NCBI GenBank assembly: GCA_016618085.1
Contig: JABLTG010000027.1
Coordinates: 1-64,000, forward strand
Length of the DNA stretch: 64,000 bases
Origin: Neovahlkampfia damariscottae
Lineage: Eukaryota
Reading direction: 5' to 3'
Positions within the stretch are counted from its first letter, which is position 1. Every line of letters starts with the position of its first letter. The notes under the pieces are model-generated. The model had not been told where the DNA came from, did no database searches, and saw only the letters and a list, made by a program, of their open reading frames with translations. Positions 1-10,062 of this stretch are shown here, one piece after another. The translations under genes and the position numbers were made by a program.

Positions 1-435
1 AATGATGAAATTTTGATTTCAAAATTTCCAGTCAAAGGAATGAATAAAAAATGGGAAAGAAAAATTCATAGTACAACAGTGAGAAAAATGCTTCATTGGT
101 CTCATTTTCAATTTCGTCAAACACTAAAACATCTTGCTCAAAAAGATTCTGTTCAAGTACATGAAGTTTCAGAACATTATACCAGTTGTACATGTGGATC
201 ATGTGGAAAAATAGATTGGAAACTTGGAAAAAAAGATCATTTCAATTGTAAATATTGTAATTTTTCTCTTCCAAGAGATTATAATGGAGCAAGAAATATA
301 TTTCTGATGAATATACAAAATTTTATTGGAAATCCAAAAACTGCCAGTACTGCTGGCGACAGTCCTATCCCGAAAGAAACCTTGATTTTAATGTCTGGTC
401 TGATTAATCAGAATGAACGGAAAAGTCAGTTTTAA
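1..435 (+). mobile_element. C-terminal part of a Fanzor2 / IS607-type TnpB-like RNA-guided endonuclease (5'-truncated by the window edge)
   Basis: The frame is open from base 1: NDEILISKFPVKGM..RKIHSTTVRKMLHWSHFQFRQTL..VHEVSEHYTSCTCGSCG..FNCKYC..RDYNGARNIFL. It shows the TnpB/Fanzor C-terminal signature: E-x-Y-T-S-x-x-C, a CxxC..CxxC zinc ribbon and RuvC-III RDxNGARNI. Confidence 0.92.
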
Positions 436-465
436 GATAGCGGTAAAAAAAAGAATATTTATTTT
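340..465 (+). ncRNA. Candidate Fanzor omegaRNA scaffold and transposon right end (about 443), plus flanking guide
   Basis: GC-richer structured tail after the RuvC-III motif: hairpin GCCAG(343-347)/CTGGC(353-357), perfect palindrome TCTGATTAATCAGA (399-412), CTATC(365-369) complementary to GATAG(436-440). It ends in GATAGCGG, then switches abruptly to A/T-rich sequence. Boundaries are inferred. Confidence 0.55.
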
Positions 466-1144
466 TTACAAATTGTGGTGCATGTACTTGACATCCAACT
501 GTAATAATTTCTTTTTATTTTTCTTAAATTGAAACTAGTTGAAAAAACAATTAATATTTTTAAGTACTTTTTTTTGATTTTTTCTCATTTTACCAAAGAA
601 TCGTTTATCCCAATATTCACATTTTCAGTGTGAACTTTCTAAAATGTTTTATGATGATAACCTTTTCCAACGCTATTTTTAAAGAATTAAATTTTTGTCA
701 GTGTTTTTTGCATTTTTTTTGAGTTCTTTTTGAAATTTCATACCAAGAAAAACATGTATTTGAGTTGATTAATTTCTTTCTTCTTTTAAGTTTCATAGAG
801 TTTAATTTAAATTTCCTATTTAGCTATTTAGCTTTTGTTTACTTTTTCTCTCAAACCATCTTTTATAACAATAATAATGTTTTAAAAATCAATATCTAGA
901 ATGTCTATAGACCTACAAGGAACACCAGTAATGAAAAATTGACAAGAATGAAACAACACGCAAGCAAAGTGCTGTGAGTCTCATGATGTGTTGACCAATA
1001 GAAAAAATTCCAGTTTCCAAACTTTTTAATTGTTTTCTGTCATTTTTTTGTTCAAACATTGACAAGTCTAAGCTGGAATAATTGCTTCTGATTGTAATAA
1101 AATGGCAAAAAAAGAATTTTTTTTTTTTGAAAAACCATTTTTCT

Positions 1145-1230
1145 AATAGACCAATCAAACAACAGAATTGCCATTTTTTTTCTTCACTCTCTTGACCAAT
1201 GAAATCGACGGACCAATTAGATAAAAGCCG
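1145..1230 (+). promoter_or_regulatory. Histone H4 promoter with clustered CCAAT boxes and a TATA-like element
   Basis: CCAAT at about 1151, 1196 and 1213, then GATAAAAG at about 1220, roughly 50 nt upstream of the H4 ATG. Confidence 0.55.
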
Positions 1231-1257
1231 TTACAAATTTTTGAAAACAACAACTAA

Positions 1258-1584
<327 letters not shown>

Positions 1585-1604
1585 AATTTTTAACAAAATG
1601 AATA

Positions 1605-2047
1605 AATTTTTGTACATACAAAAGTTGATTTTTCTTTTTCTACAGCCACAAGTTACTTTTTCAATAGCCAATCATGTTGGAAGAGTTAAAAACTAAGAAG
1701 GAAACTTTAAAATCAACAGAAAAACCAAAAGANNNNNNNNNNNNNNNNNNNNNNNNNNNNNNNNNNNNNNNNNNNNNNNNNNNNNNNNNNNNNNNNNNNN
1801 NNNNNNNNNNNNNNNNNNNNNNNNNNNNNNNAATTTTTGTACATACAAAAGTTGATTTTTCTTTTTCTACAGCCACAAGTTACTTTTTCAATAGCCAATC
1901 ATGTTGGAAGAGTTAAAAACTAAGAAGGAAACTTTAAAATCAACAGAAAAACCAAAAGAAAGGAAAATTCACAGAAAAATAGTTGAAGATGTGAAAGAAT
2001 TTGAGAAACTTCTGAAACAAATTTTGAAGACTATTATGAGACGATAA
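1605..2047 (+). repeat. Two partial direct copies (1605-1732 and 1832-2047) of the 5' region of the gene at 4507, separated by an N gap
   Basis: Both copies match 4438-4657. Copy 2 lacks 4 nt (CTGAAACAAATTTT versus CTGAAAGAAACAAATTTT), which frameshifts it. Confidence 0.95.
1733..1831. other. Assembly gap (about 100 N)
   Basis: Run of N with the same sequence on both flanks. Confidence 0.99.
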
Positions 2048-2049
2048 AG

Positions 2050-2461
2050 ATTTGGTGTAATTTCTTGACACAAGAAAATTTTTTTGCATATAGAATTCGT
2101 TAGATTTCATTTGATTTGTTTACTATTGATAGGTATTTCTATGAATGATAATGAAGATAAATTCAATGAAGCAATGCTTGTAAGTCGACATTGGATCATA
2201 GAAGATGGGGATGGTAAAAAACAAGAAGTTAGAGGTAAATCACCATTTTGTTAAAAATTATCTTTTTTATAGGTCCAGGAATAATTGGAATGTATCCAAA
2301 TATGAAAAGAGGGAGTTATATGGAATATTGTACGTGCACCAATTTAACCACAAAGATTGGGTAAAACGGGTGGAGAATTTCAATTCAAAAATAATTCAAG
2401 TGGTCAAATTTATGACATCATTGTTGGTGAATTTATATTGGATATTGAAAATTGTAAATAA
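2050..2461 (+). pseudogene. 5'-truncated, frameshifted ApaG-domain gene (FBXO3/SKIP16-like C-terminus)
   Basis: Splicing introns 2099-2132 and 2235-2272 gives FFAYRIRISMND..MLVSRHWIIEDGDGKKQEVRGPGIIGMYP..EYCTCTNLTTKIG. An extra G near 2360 causes a stop, and the shifted frame continues GKTGGEFQFKN..IVGEFILD to a stop at 2461. No 5' exons or start codon. Confidence 0.8.
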
Positions 2462-2463
2462 AT

Positions 2464-3655
2464 TTATTGATATTTTGGAATGTATGAAGACCTTTCTCTT
2501 TCATTTTCAATTTTTGCTCTTCGATTTTTTTTTAATTGAGAATTTCTATCATAAGGATCTTTCCAATAAAATGAACTTAAAACATCATCCTTTTGAATTA
2601 AAAATGAGAAATTTTACCATTATTTTTAGACTTCTTGATAATGTATGATATGAATAATTAATATTCATATTTTCCTCTTGAGAAAATACTGAATAAAACC
2701 AACCATATGGTAAATATAACATATCACCTGGGTGTAGAGTTATTTGTATAGGTTTTGCTTTATTTAATAATGGGAATTTTATGGAATTTTTTTCATTTGA
2801 TTTAACAACTGAAAATTTTGGATTTAATGGATCAACATAAAGTAAATCTTTTTGAATATTATCATACAAATTTAAGATTCTACTCCCTTTTAATTGAAAA
2901 ATAAAGCAGTTTTCCTTTGAAATTTTGTTTAAAAAAAGTTAAATCATACTTGATTTGTTCTTATATTTAATTCTTGTCTATTTCCAATTTGAAGGTATAT
3001 ATCTTTTAATTTCCATTGTCTTCGAAGAATTTTATTCAGTTTTGTTTCAATTTTTTTTGTAATTTTTTTTGAAGTCATGTTTAAATTTTCCAAAAAATAT
3101 TTTGAGGTAGGCAATAAGTCAAAAAATTTCCCAATTTTCATTTGATATTTTTTTGAATCTAAATCATTAAAATAAAAGAGTACTCCCACCTTGTGAATAA
3201 TAATTTTCAGTAGATGCAGTTTCATAAACGATTCCTTCTTCATTTGAAAAAGTTGATTTGATAAGTTCCAAATTTAATTTTGGAACAAATTTTTTAACAA
3301 TTAAAGGACTAGATAATAATCAAAATTTTGTGTTTTTTTACAAATTTAAACTTGAATATTTTGAGATCAAGGCATGATTGATTTTGAAAAATTTCTTAAT
3401 TTTTAAGTTTCCTTTTTGACTTCTAACAATCGATAAAATTTGGTTTTGGATAAATTTCCTGTCTTTTGTTCCTGTGAATCCAGTTTCAAAAGCTATATTT
3501 GATTTTTGCTCTTGTGAGTGAAACAAACAACCATAAATTACTCCAACAAAGAAGAATATGCAAAGGTGAACAAATATACGTCGTTGTTGATATTGAAAAT
3601 ATAGTTGTCGATAAAAATTTGATTTTTTTAGCCAATCCAAATTTATCCAGTTCAT
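2464..3655 (-). CDS. JmjC/cupin-like domain protein with an N-terminal TM segment (multi-exon, probably catalytically degenerate)
   Basis: Joins ORFs 3338-3661, 2944-3243 and 2585-2869. Contains FPLLNKAKPIQITLHPGDMLYLPYGWFYSV..NMNINY (Cupin_8/JmjC motif). Confidence 0.7.
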
Positions 3656-4506
3656 TAACACCTCAACAAGGAAAAACTATCTCTATTAGAAACGATATTA
3701 TTGGTTAAAATAATGCAAATTAAAAACTCGCAAACTAATTTTATTGTTCTTTTGATGTTTTTTCTTTGAAATTATCAAAATAAAATGATCAGAATTTGGT
3801 ACTTTTTTCCAAATTGAATCATACTTCCCTATTGCAAAATTAATCAAACACAAAAGTCGTATTACCTAAGATTTGGTATCTTCTTTTTCCGATAAAATCA
3901 TAAAATGGTATAATTACAAAATAAGGAAGAAAAAATAAAATTAACTGAGAATCCAAAAAAATAAATTAGTTTTTCCAAGTAAACAAATAATATTGTACCA
4001 AGAAGGATAACCATTCCAATATTCTACAATTTTTGGATTTTCCATTTCATCTACTTTACAAAAATAAAATGTATCAAGATTTTTGTTGTACAAATTTTTT
4101 GATTTCAACAGTTTTTCTGAGAACTGAGTCAGTAAAGGTGAAAAATAGATTTCTCCTTTTGTGTCATATTTGAAGTAGCTGGTATTGTTTGATTACAAAT
4201 ACCACAAAGGCCATTATAAAAGAGTATGTGAGTCGTGTTGATGTCTAATTTTGGCCAATGAAAAGAAAATCTGAAAAAGAGCATTTTGAGAAATGCAAAA
4301 AATTCAAACCTTTTGATTTTTTTGAAGGACTATCAGATTTGTCACAATCTAGTGATTCAACACTGAAGAAGAGATATGGCTTCAAGCAATAAAAAAAGAT
4401 GGAAAAAATTCAATTCTTCTCCAAATCACTTCAAGACAATTTTTGTACATACAAAAGTTGATTTTTCTTTTTCTACAGCCACAAGTTACTTTTTCAATAG
4501 CCAATC

Positions 4507-5601
4507 ATGTTGGAAGAGTTAAAAACTAAGAAGGAAACTTTAAAATCAACAGAAAAACCAAAAGAAAGGAAAATTCACAGAAAAATAGTTGAAGATGTGA
4601 AAGAATTTGAGAAACTTCTGAAAGAAACAAATTTTGAAGACTATTATGAGACGATAAGACCGTACACTTTCAACTCAACAATTATACCATTAAAACATGA
4701 AATCATTGAAGAAATTTACAACTTGGGAAATGAATTCAAAAAAAACAAAACAAGAAAATCACTTTCTCAAAAGTTACAACAATTTGGAGAAGAAATAGAT
4801 CAAAATGCGAAAGATAATATCAACATTAACAATGGGATGTTTATCAGAATTTCTACTATTTCACCAAAAGATGCTGTTTTGACTCATGAAAATTTTCCAA
4901 AAAACATTTTTGCAGCGTACAACATGTTAACACTACAAGAAGAAGAATGGAAAAAAGAAGGAAGAGAATTTTTAATGAATGAAGAAATTAGAAGAATTCA
5001 TGCTCTTTATATTGCTAGTACTAGCACAATGAAAATACAAAAGGGAATTGAAGGAATTCAATTATTAATTGAAAGTGAAAGAACTCAACAAGAATTTAAA
5101 AAATTCATGAAATATGGAGAAATAGAATATCCAATAAAATTGATAATAAGAGAATTTGCTAATTTTGATGTTGAAATGGAATTTCGTGGGTTCATCTATA
5201 ATGTCAAAAATGAAGATGGATCAAAAACTAAAAAATTAACAGGATTGACTCAATATAACAATTTCTGTTATTTTCCAAAATTAATATTGAAACAAGATTC
5301 TATTCAAAATTCAATTAGAGATTTCGTTAATCAAGAAATGATTCCAAATGTTCAACTTGAAAATTTCGTGATTGATATTGTACTTATTGAAAATGAAAAA
5401 AATTATAATATCAAGATAATTGAAATAAATCCATTTGGAGAATTTTGTGGTGGTGGAATGTTCAATTGGGACATTGATTTTGAAGTTCTAATTGGACAAA
5501 AACCTTTTGAATTTAGAATTCAGAAAGAAATACCAAAAATGGCTTTAAAACAAATATCAAAAGAATGGCAACCATTTTTATATCCAGAGAATTTTCTTTG
5601 A
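4507..5601 (+). CDS. CDC123/D123-like ATP-grasp protein with a possible N-terminal WH2-like motif
   Basis: FIRISTISPKDA, LLIESER, EMEFRGFI, LTGLTQY, FVIDI, IIEINPF and GGMFNW are motifs of the CDC123/R2K ATP-grasp clade. Confidence 0.85.
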   Translation: MLEELKTKKETLKSTEKPKERKIHRKIVEDVKEFEKLLKETNFEDYYETIRPYTFNSTIIPLKHEIIEEIYNLGNEFKKNKTRKSLSQKLQQFGEEIDQNAKDNININNGMFIRISTISPKDAVLTHENFPKNIFAAYNMLTLQEEEWKKEGREFLMNEEIRRIHALYIASTSTMKIQKGIEGIQLLIESERTQQEFKKFMKYGEIEYPIKLIIREFANFDVEMEFRGFIYNVKNEDGSKTKKLTGLTQYNNFCYFPKLILKQDSIQNSIRDFVNQEMIPNVQLENFVIDIVLIENEKNYNIKIIEINPFGEFCGGGMFNWDIDFEVLIGQKPFEFRIQKEIPKMALKQISKEWQPFLYPENFL

Positions 5602-5607
5602 AATTTT

Positions 5608-7132
5608 TTATAATTCATCTTTTAAATCTTTTTTTGAAGCAACTGAATTTTCTCTTATAAATTTTGACATTGAAATTTGATCAAATGATCCATTGTATTT
5701 CAAACCTTCTTTATGATTTTTTGAAAAAAACATAAATCTTGGAAAATTGTCTGATCTAAATTCAGGAGGTATATCATTCAAACTACAATCAATCTTTCCA
5801 ATAATTATATTTTTGAATTTTTTGAATTCTTCACCTAATTGGTTAAAAATAGGTTCAACTCTTTCACATTCAGTACAATTACTGTAATGGATTTAATCTA
5901 TTTTTGAAATTACTCTTTTGAAATATAAAATTTAATGAATACATCTTTTCCAGAATCAACAGTATATTTATCAAAAGTGATTCCAACAATATCAAATACA
6001 GGTTTGTTGTTTGTATTCATTTCAGGTTCAGGTTGTGAATGAAATACTTCTTCATATAGAAATGAATCAATCCATTTTTCAATAGTCAACAAATCAAATT
6101 GATTTTCGTCATATGGGAAGTTTATACCTTCTGAAATTTTCATTCCAGCAAATTTTGGTAAATTTTCGGAATCTAAACCAAATACATTAATTTGATCTTT
6201 TGATAGAATTCCATCAGCAAAAACAACTTTTAATTTATTTTCATATTTCTTTCCTAATTCATTTAATTTTTCCATCCAAGTTGTTTTTTGTTCAAGATTT
6301 GTTAAATTTAAAAATCCGATGAAAAGAGGTAATTTAGCTTCTGCAATTCTTGGAAATGTTCCAAAATTAATTTCATCAATGAAAGGAAATCCATTTCTAT
6401 AAATAAAGAGTTTCAAATTTTCAAATGATAATTCATTTTTTGATAAATCAAAAATGGAAATTTCTGTTTTTTGAGATGAATATAATTTAATATTTTCATC
6501 ATTTTTTGAATTTGAATTGACAAAAATACCGATTGGAAATTCATCAAAAATGATATCTGAGTGAATCAATTTTTTTAATTTTTTTATGTTCTCAAATTTT
6601 TCATTTTTGAATTCACCAATCAATGCATTACCTTTATTAGTTTTTAAAAATTGATTTAATTCATTTTCTGTTGTTAAAATTGAGAATTTTGATGTTAACA
6701 TCATTGTTAAAAAATTAACAATTTCATTTGTTGTTCTTTCACCAATATAATCACGAATAAAGATTCCATTTTTGTATAATTTTAATGAAGGGTAACTATC
6801 AATCTTCAAACTTTCTTTTAATTTCATATTTTCATTTGATTCTAAATCAACTTCCAGTAAAGATAAATTTTTGTTTTCAATGTAAGTTTGTAATTCAAAT
6901 GATACTTTTTCATATTCAGGAGCAAGATTTTTACTATGTTCACTATTTTTTTTTTTTAAATTTTTTTTTGATCTTACCACCAAGTTGCATAAAATTTGAC
7001 AAAAGTGAATTTGGTTTTATTGATTTCTTCAACAAAGGTTTTTTGATTTACTTGTTTTATATTTTTTGATGTGATAAATTGTATCAGACAAAGAAAAACA
7101 AAAATTGAAATCAATTGTTTGGTTTGGTTCAT
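5608..7132 (-). CDS. Protein disulfide isomerase-family ER protein (a-b-b'-a')
   Basis: Signal peptide MNQTKQLISIFVFLCLIQF from ATG 7132. Spliced first site FVKFYATWCEHS, second site CTEC. C-terminal KDEL before the stop at 5608. Confidence 0.88.
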
Positions 7133-7443
7133 TGTTCTTTCTCAAGATGAGTTTGATTGGTGGAATACTCCGACATCTCAAATAGAAAGAATAAATGACG
7201 AGTTTTATACGTCCTAAATTTATTGCAAAGAGAAAAAAGATACTTGTTTATTTAAACCAATCAGAACCATTGTAGTTCGCCAATAAAAAGTCTGTTCAAT
7301 TATACTTAGTTTGTTATTCTAGTACAACGTCATAAAACACATAATTGATAAAAATGAAAAATTCTATTTTTGATATTTTTTACTTCTTCTTAAAAAACCC
7401 ACTGATTGGTCAACACATTTTCGGAAGAATTTAAGAAAGTGAA

Positions 7444-8301
7444 ATGGAAGAGATTATATATCAGGAAGAAACAAGTGAACTAACAAGAAAAAGTTCTTTT
7501 GGTGATGTCCTAACTCTACTCCGAAAGTCTTCATTTACTGAAATAACAAATATGGTTTTAGGAAGAAGAACCAGTTCTTTGGAGTCAGGAAATCCAACAG
7601 AAAAATTAAAACTACTTAGAGACTCTTTTAAACTCATTTCAGAAAAAGAAGACGTGTACCTAGAAATTGAATTAAACAGAACACTCAATTGGAGAAAAGT
7701 TTTAGAACTATGTGAAAAATACGAAACAGAAGATGATTTATTGATAAAAGTTTGGAAATATGAAGCTTCTCGTGAAATGAAAAAAAGTTGCAGTTTGCCA
7801 GAAGAGATTTTTTCAATTGAAGAATCTGATGATTCTTTTGAAATGCTTGCAGCTGGAAAAGCATTTTTTTTGATTGAAAATTATGAAGAGTCTTATAGAT
7901 GGTTAAAAATATCAGCTGAATTAGACAATCCAATAGGCCAATTAAATTTTGGTTATTTACTCGAAGGTGGACTTGGATGTGAAAAAAATATTGAAGAAGC
8001 AATTTCTTGGTATAAAAAATCAGCAAAACTAGGATATTTTAAAGCTCAGTATCACTTAGGATATATTTATGAATCTGCAATCGGTGTTGAAGAGAATGAT
8101 AAAAAAGCATTCAAATATTTTAAGAGAGCTGCTGAACAAGGATATGCTTATGGTGAAAATAAAGTAGGATGGTATCTTAAATATAAATTATTCTCTGAAG
8201 ATGAAGATATTGATTATAATGAAGAAGCGAGGAAATGGTGGAAGAAAGCAGCTTCACAAGGTTGTGAGCAAGCAATCGATTATCTATCAATTAATTTTTA
8301 A
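7444..8301 (+). CDS. Sel1-like repeat protein
   Basis: Repeated AQ/GQxxLGYxYExGxGxxxNxxxAxxWYKKSA units. Confidence 0.9.
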   Translation: MEEIIYQEETSELTRKSSFGDVLTLLRKSSFTEITNMVLGRRTSSLESGNPTEKLKLLRDSFKLISEKEDVYLEIELNRTLNWRKVLELCEKYETEDDLLIKVWKYEASREMKKSCSLPEEIFSIEESDDSFEMLAAGKAFFLIENYEESYRWLKISAELDNPIGQLNFGYLLEGGLGCEKNIEEAISWYKKSAKLGYFKAQYHLGYIYESAIGVEENDKKAFKYFKRAAEQGYAYGENKVGWYLKYKLFSEDEDIDYNEEARKWWKKAASQGCEQAIDYLSINF

Positions 8302-8453
8302 GATAACCATCCTACTTTGAAGTATTTGCATGTAATAATAGAGATATTAGTCTTCATTAGTTGCAAAAATATCAGTTTTGGATAATACAATTTCAAATTT
8401 AGCTATCATTCTTCCAAAGTGAATTCTGGACCATAAAATTATCTTTCAAAAAA

Positions 8454-9017
8454 ATGAAAACCTACAAAGTTGCTATAGTTGGAGCTGATTCTGTTGGTAA
8501 ATCTTCTTGCACATTTCAATTCTTGCATTCAACTTTTCACCATAACTATGATCCAACCATTGAAAATATTTTTCAGTCAATTTTTCAAATAGAAAATCAA
8601 AATGTATCATTGGAATTATTAGATACATCGGGACAAGAAGATTATACTTGTTTAAATGATCATTATTTGAGATCATGTGATGGTTTCTATTTTATTTTCG
8701 ATTTGACAAATGAAAAGAGTTTACAACAAATAGAAAAACACATTGAAAGAGTTGGGAATATATTTGAAGAAAAAGAATTTTCTTGTGTTTTAATTGGGAA
8801 TAAATTAGATTTGGTTCAAGAAAGAAAAATATCAAAACAAGACATGAAATATTTAGTAAATGAACATTTCAAAATGGAATATTTTGAAGTATCAGCAAAA
8901 GAAGGAACAAATATTGATTCAAGTTTTCACAAATTAGTTGATATTCTACATCAAAAAAATGATTCAAAAAAAAAGAAAAATTATTCATCAAAAAAAAGAA
9001 AATGTATCATTTCATAA
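8454..9017 (+). CDS. Ras-family small GTPase
   Basis: GADSVGKS, YDPTIEN, LDTSGQEDY, GNKLDL, EVSAK, and a polybasic tail with CAAX (CIIS). Confidence 0.95.
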   Translation: MKTYKVAIVGADSVGKSSCTFQFLHSTFHHNYDPTIENIFQSIFQIENQNVSLELLDTSGQEDYTCLNDHYLRSCDGFYFIFDLTNEKSLQQIEKHIERVGNIFEEKEFSCVLIGNKLDLVQERKISKQDMKYLVNEHFKMEYFEVSAKEGTNIDSSFHKLVDILHQKNDSKKKKNYSSKKRKCIIS

Positions 9018-9120
9018 TAAAATTTTGAAAATCTATTTTGACGAATTTTATCAAAAAAAGAAGAAAATCTGTTTTTGATTGGATGAAGAAAGTTATTCAA
9101 ATTTTTTGAACCAACGAGCA

Positions 9121-10012
9121 ATGATGAGCTCAAACAAAAAAGAAACAAAATTTTCAACCCATTTATTATCAGGTGCATTTTCAGGTGGATTTGTTTCAGT
9201 TTTAACACAACCTTTTGATGTTGTAAAAACAAACATGATTGGAAGTTCAGAAAATCAAATTAGTGGCAAAAGAACGAATACAATTCAACAAATTAAACTG
9301 ATATATAAACAATCTGGTATAAAAGGTTTTTGGAAAGGAACCATTCCTACTATATATCGTGTTGTTCCAGGTGCAGGAATTTATTACTCAATGATTCATT
9401 ATTTTTCAATGCAAAAAAAAAAATATAAAAATGAAATGAACTTTTTGGATAATTTTTCAATAGGTTTTTTTTCAAGATTTATTGCAACATTCATTTTATC
9501 ACCTGTAACATTGATAAAAACTAGGTTTGAATTTTATCCATCAAATATTGGATTTGTAGAGACTTTAAAATCAATTTGGAGAGTTGAAGGATTAAGAGGA
9601 TTATGGAGAGGAGTAACTCCATCAATTTTAAGAGATGCTCCATATTCTGGAGTTTTTTATATTTTTTATCAAAAATTCAAGATTTTATTTTCAGAAAAAT
9701 TGAATTTACACGTTGATTCTGTATATAATCAATTGATTTCATCTTCCATAGCGGCTATTTTATCCACCAGTTTAACAGTAAAATCAATTTTTTTTTTGAT
9801 CCAAAAAAAAGCATCCCTTTGATGTCATTCGAACCAAAGCCCAATTACAAAATGATACAAAATTTGGTATTTTTGAAATAACTAAAAACGTTTATAAAAA
9901 TGAAGGAATTGAAAGTTTTTTAAGAGGATTAACACCAAGATTATTAAAAAGAGGATTTCATTCAGCAATAGTATGGACTTCATATGAACAAATTGTGAAA
10001 TTATTTAATTAA
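9121..10012 (+). CDS. Mitochondrial carrier (SLC25A38/Hem25-like)
   Basis: Three carrier repeats: QPFDVVKT, SPVTLIKTRFE and HPFDVIRT (the last after an intron at about 9778-9811). LRDAPYSG motif. Confidence 0.88.
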
Positions 10013-10062
10013 AAGGTTTTTAGAAAAATTGATGGAGGGTATGAAATTAAAAAAAAAATAAT

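Noticed and set aside
446..1160. Gene or remainder of the transposon between the Fanzor and H4 (including ORF 913-1158)
   Set aside because: Low-complexity AT-rich sequence with no recognisable motif or convincing spliced model.
1585..1610. Histone 3' stem-loop after H4
   Set aside because: No stem-loop is visible. An AATAAA at 1601 suggests ordinary polyadenylation.
1605..1959. Tandem duplication on both sides of the N gap as a real third copy
   Set aside because: Identical flanks around a fixed-size gap are typical of an unmerged scaffold overlap, so copies 1 and 2 are probably the same DNA.
3700..4250. Additional minus-strand gene upstream of the JmjC-like gene
   Set aside because: Only short interrupted frames. 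No supportable product.
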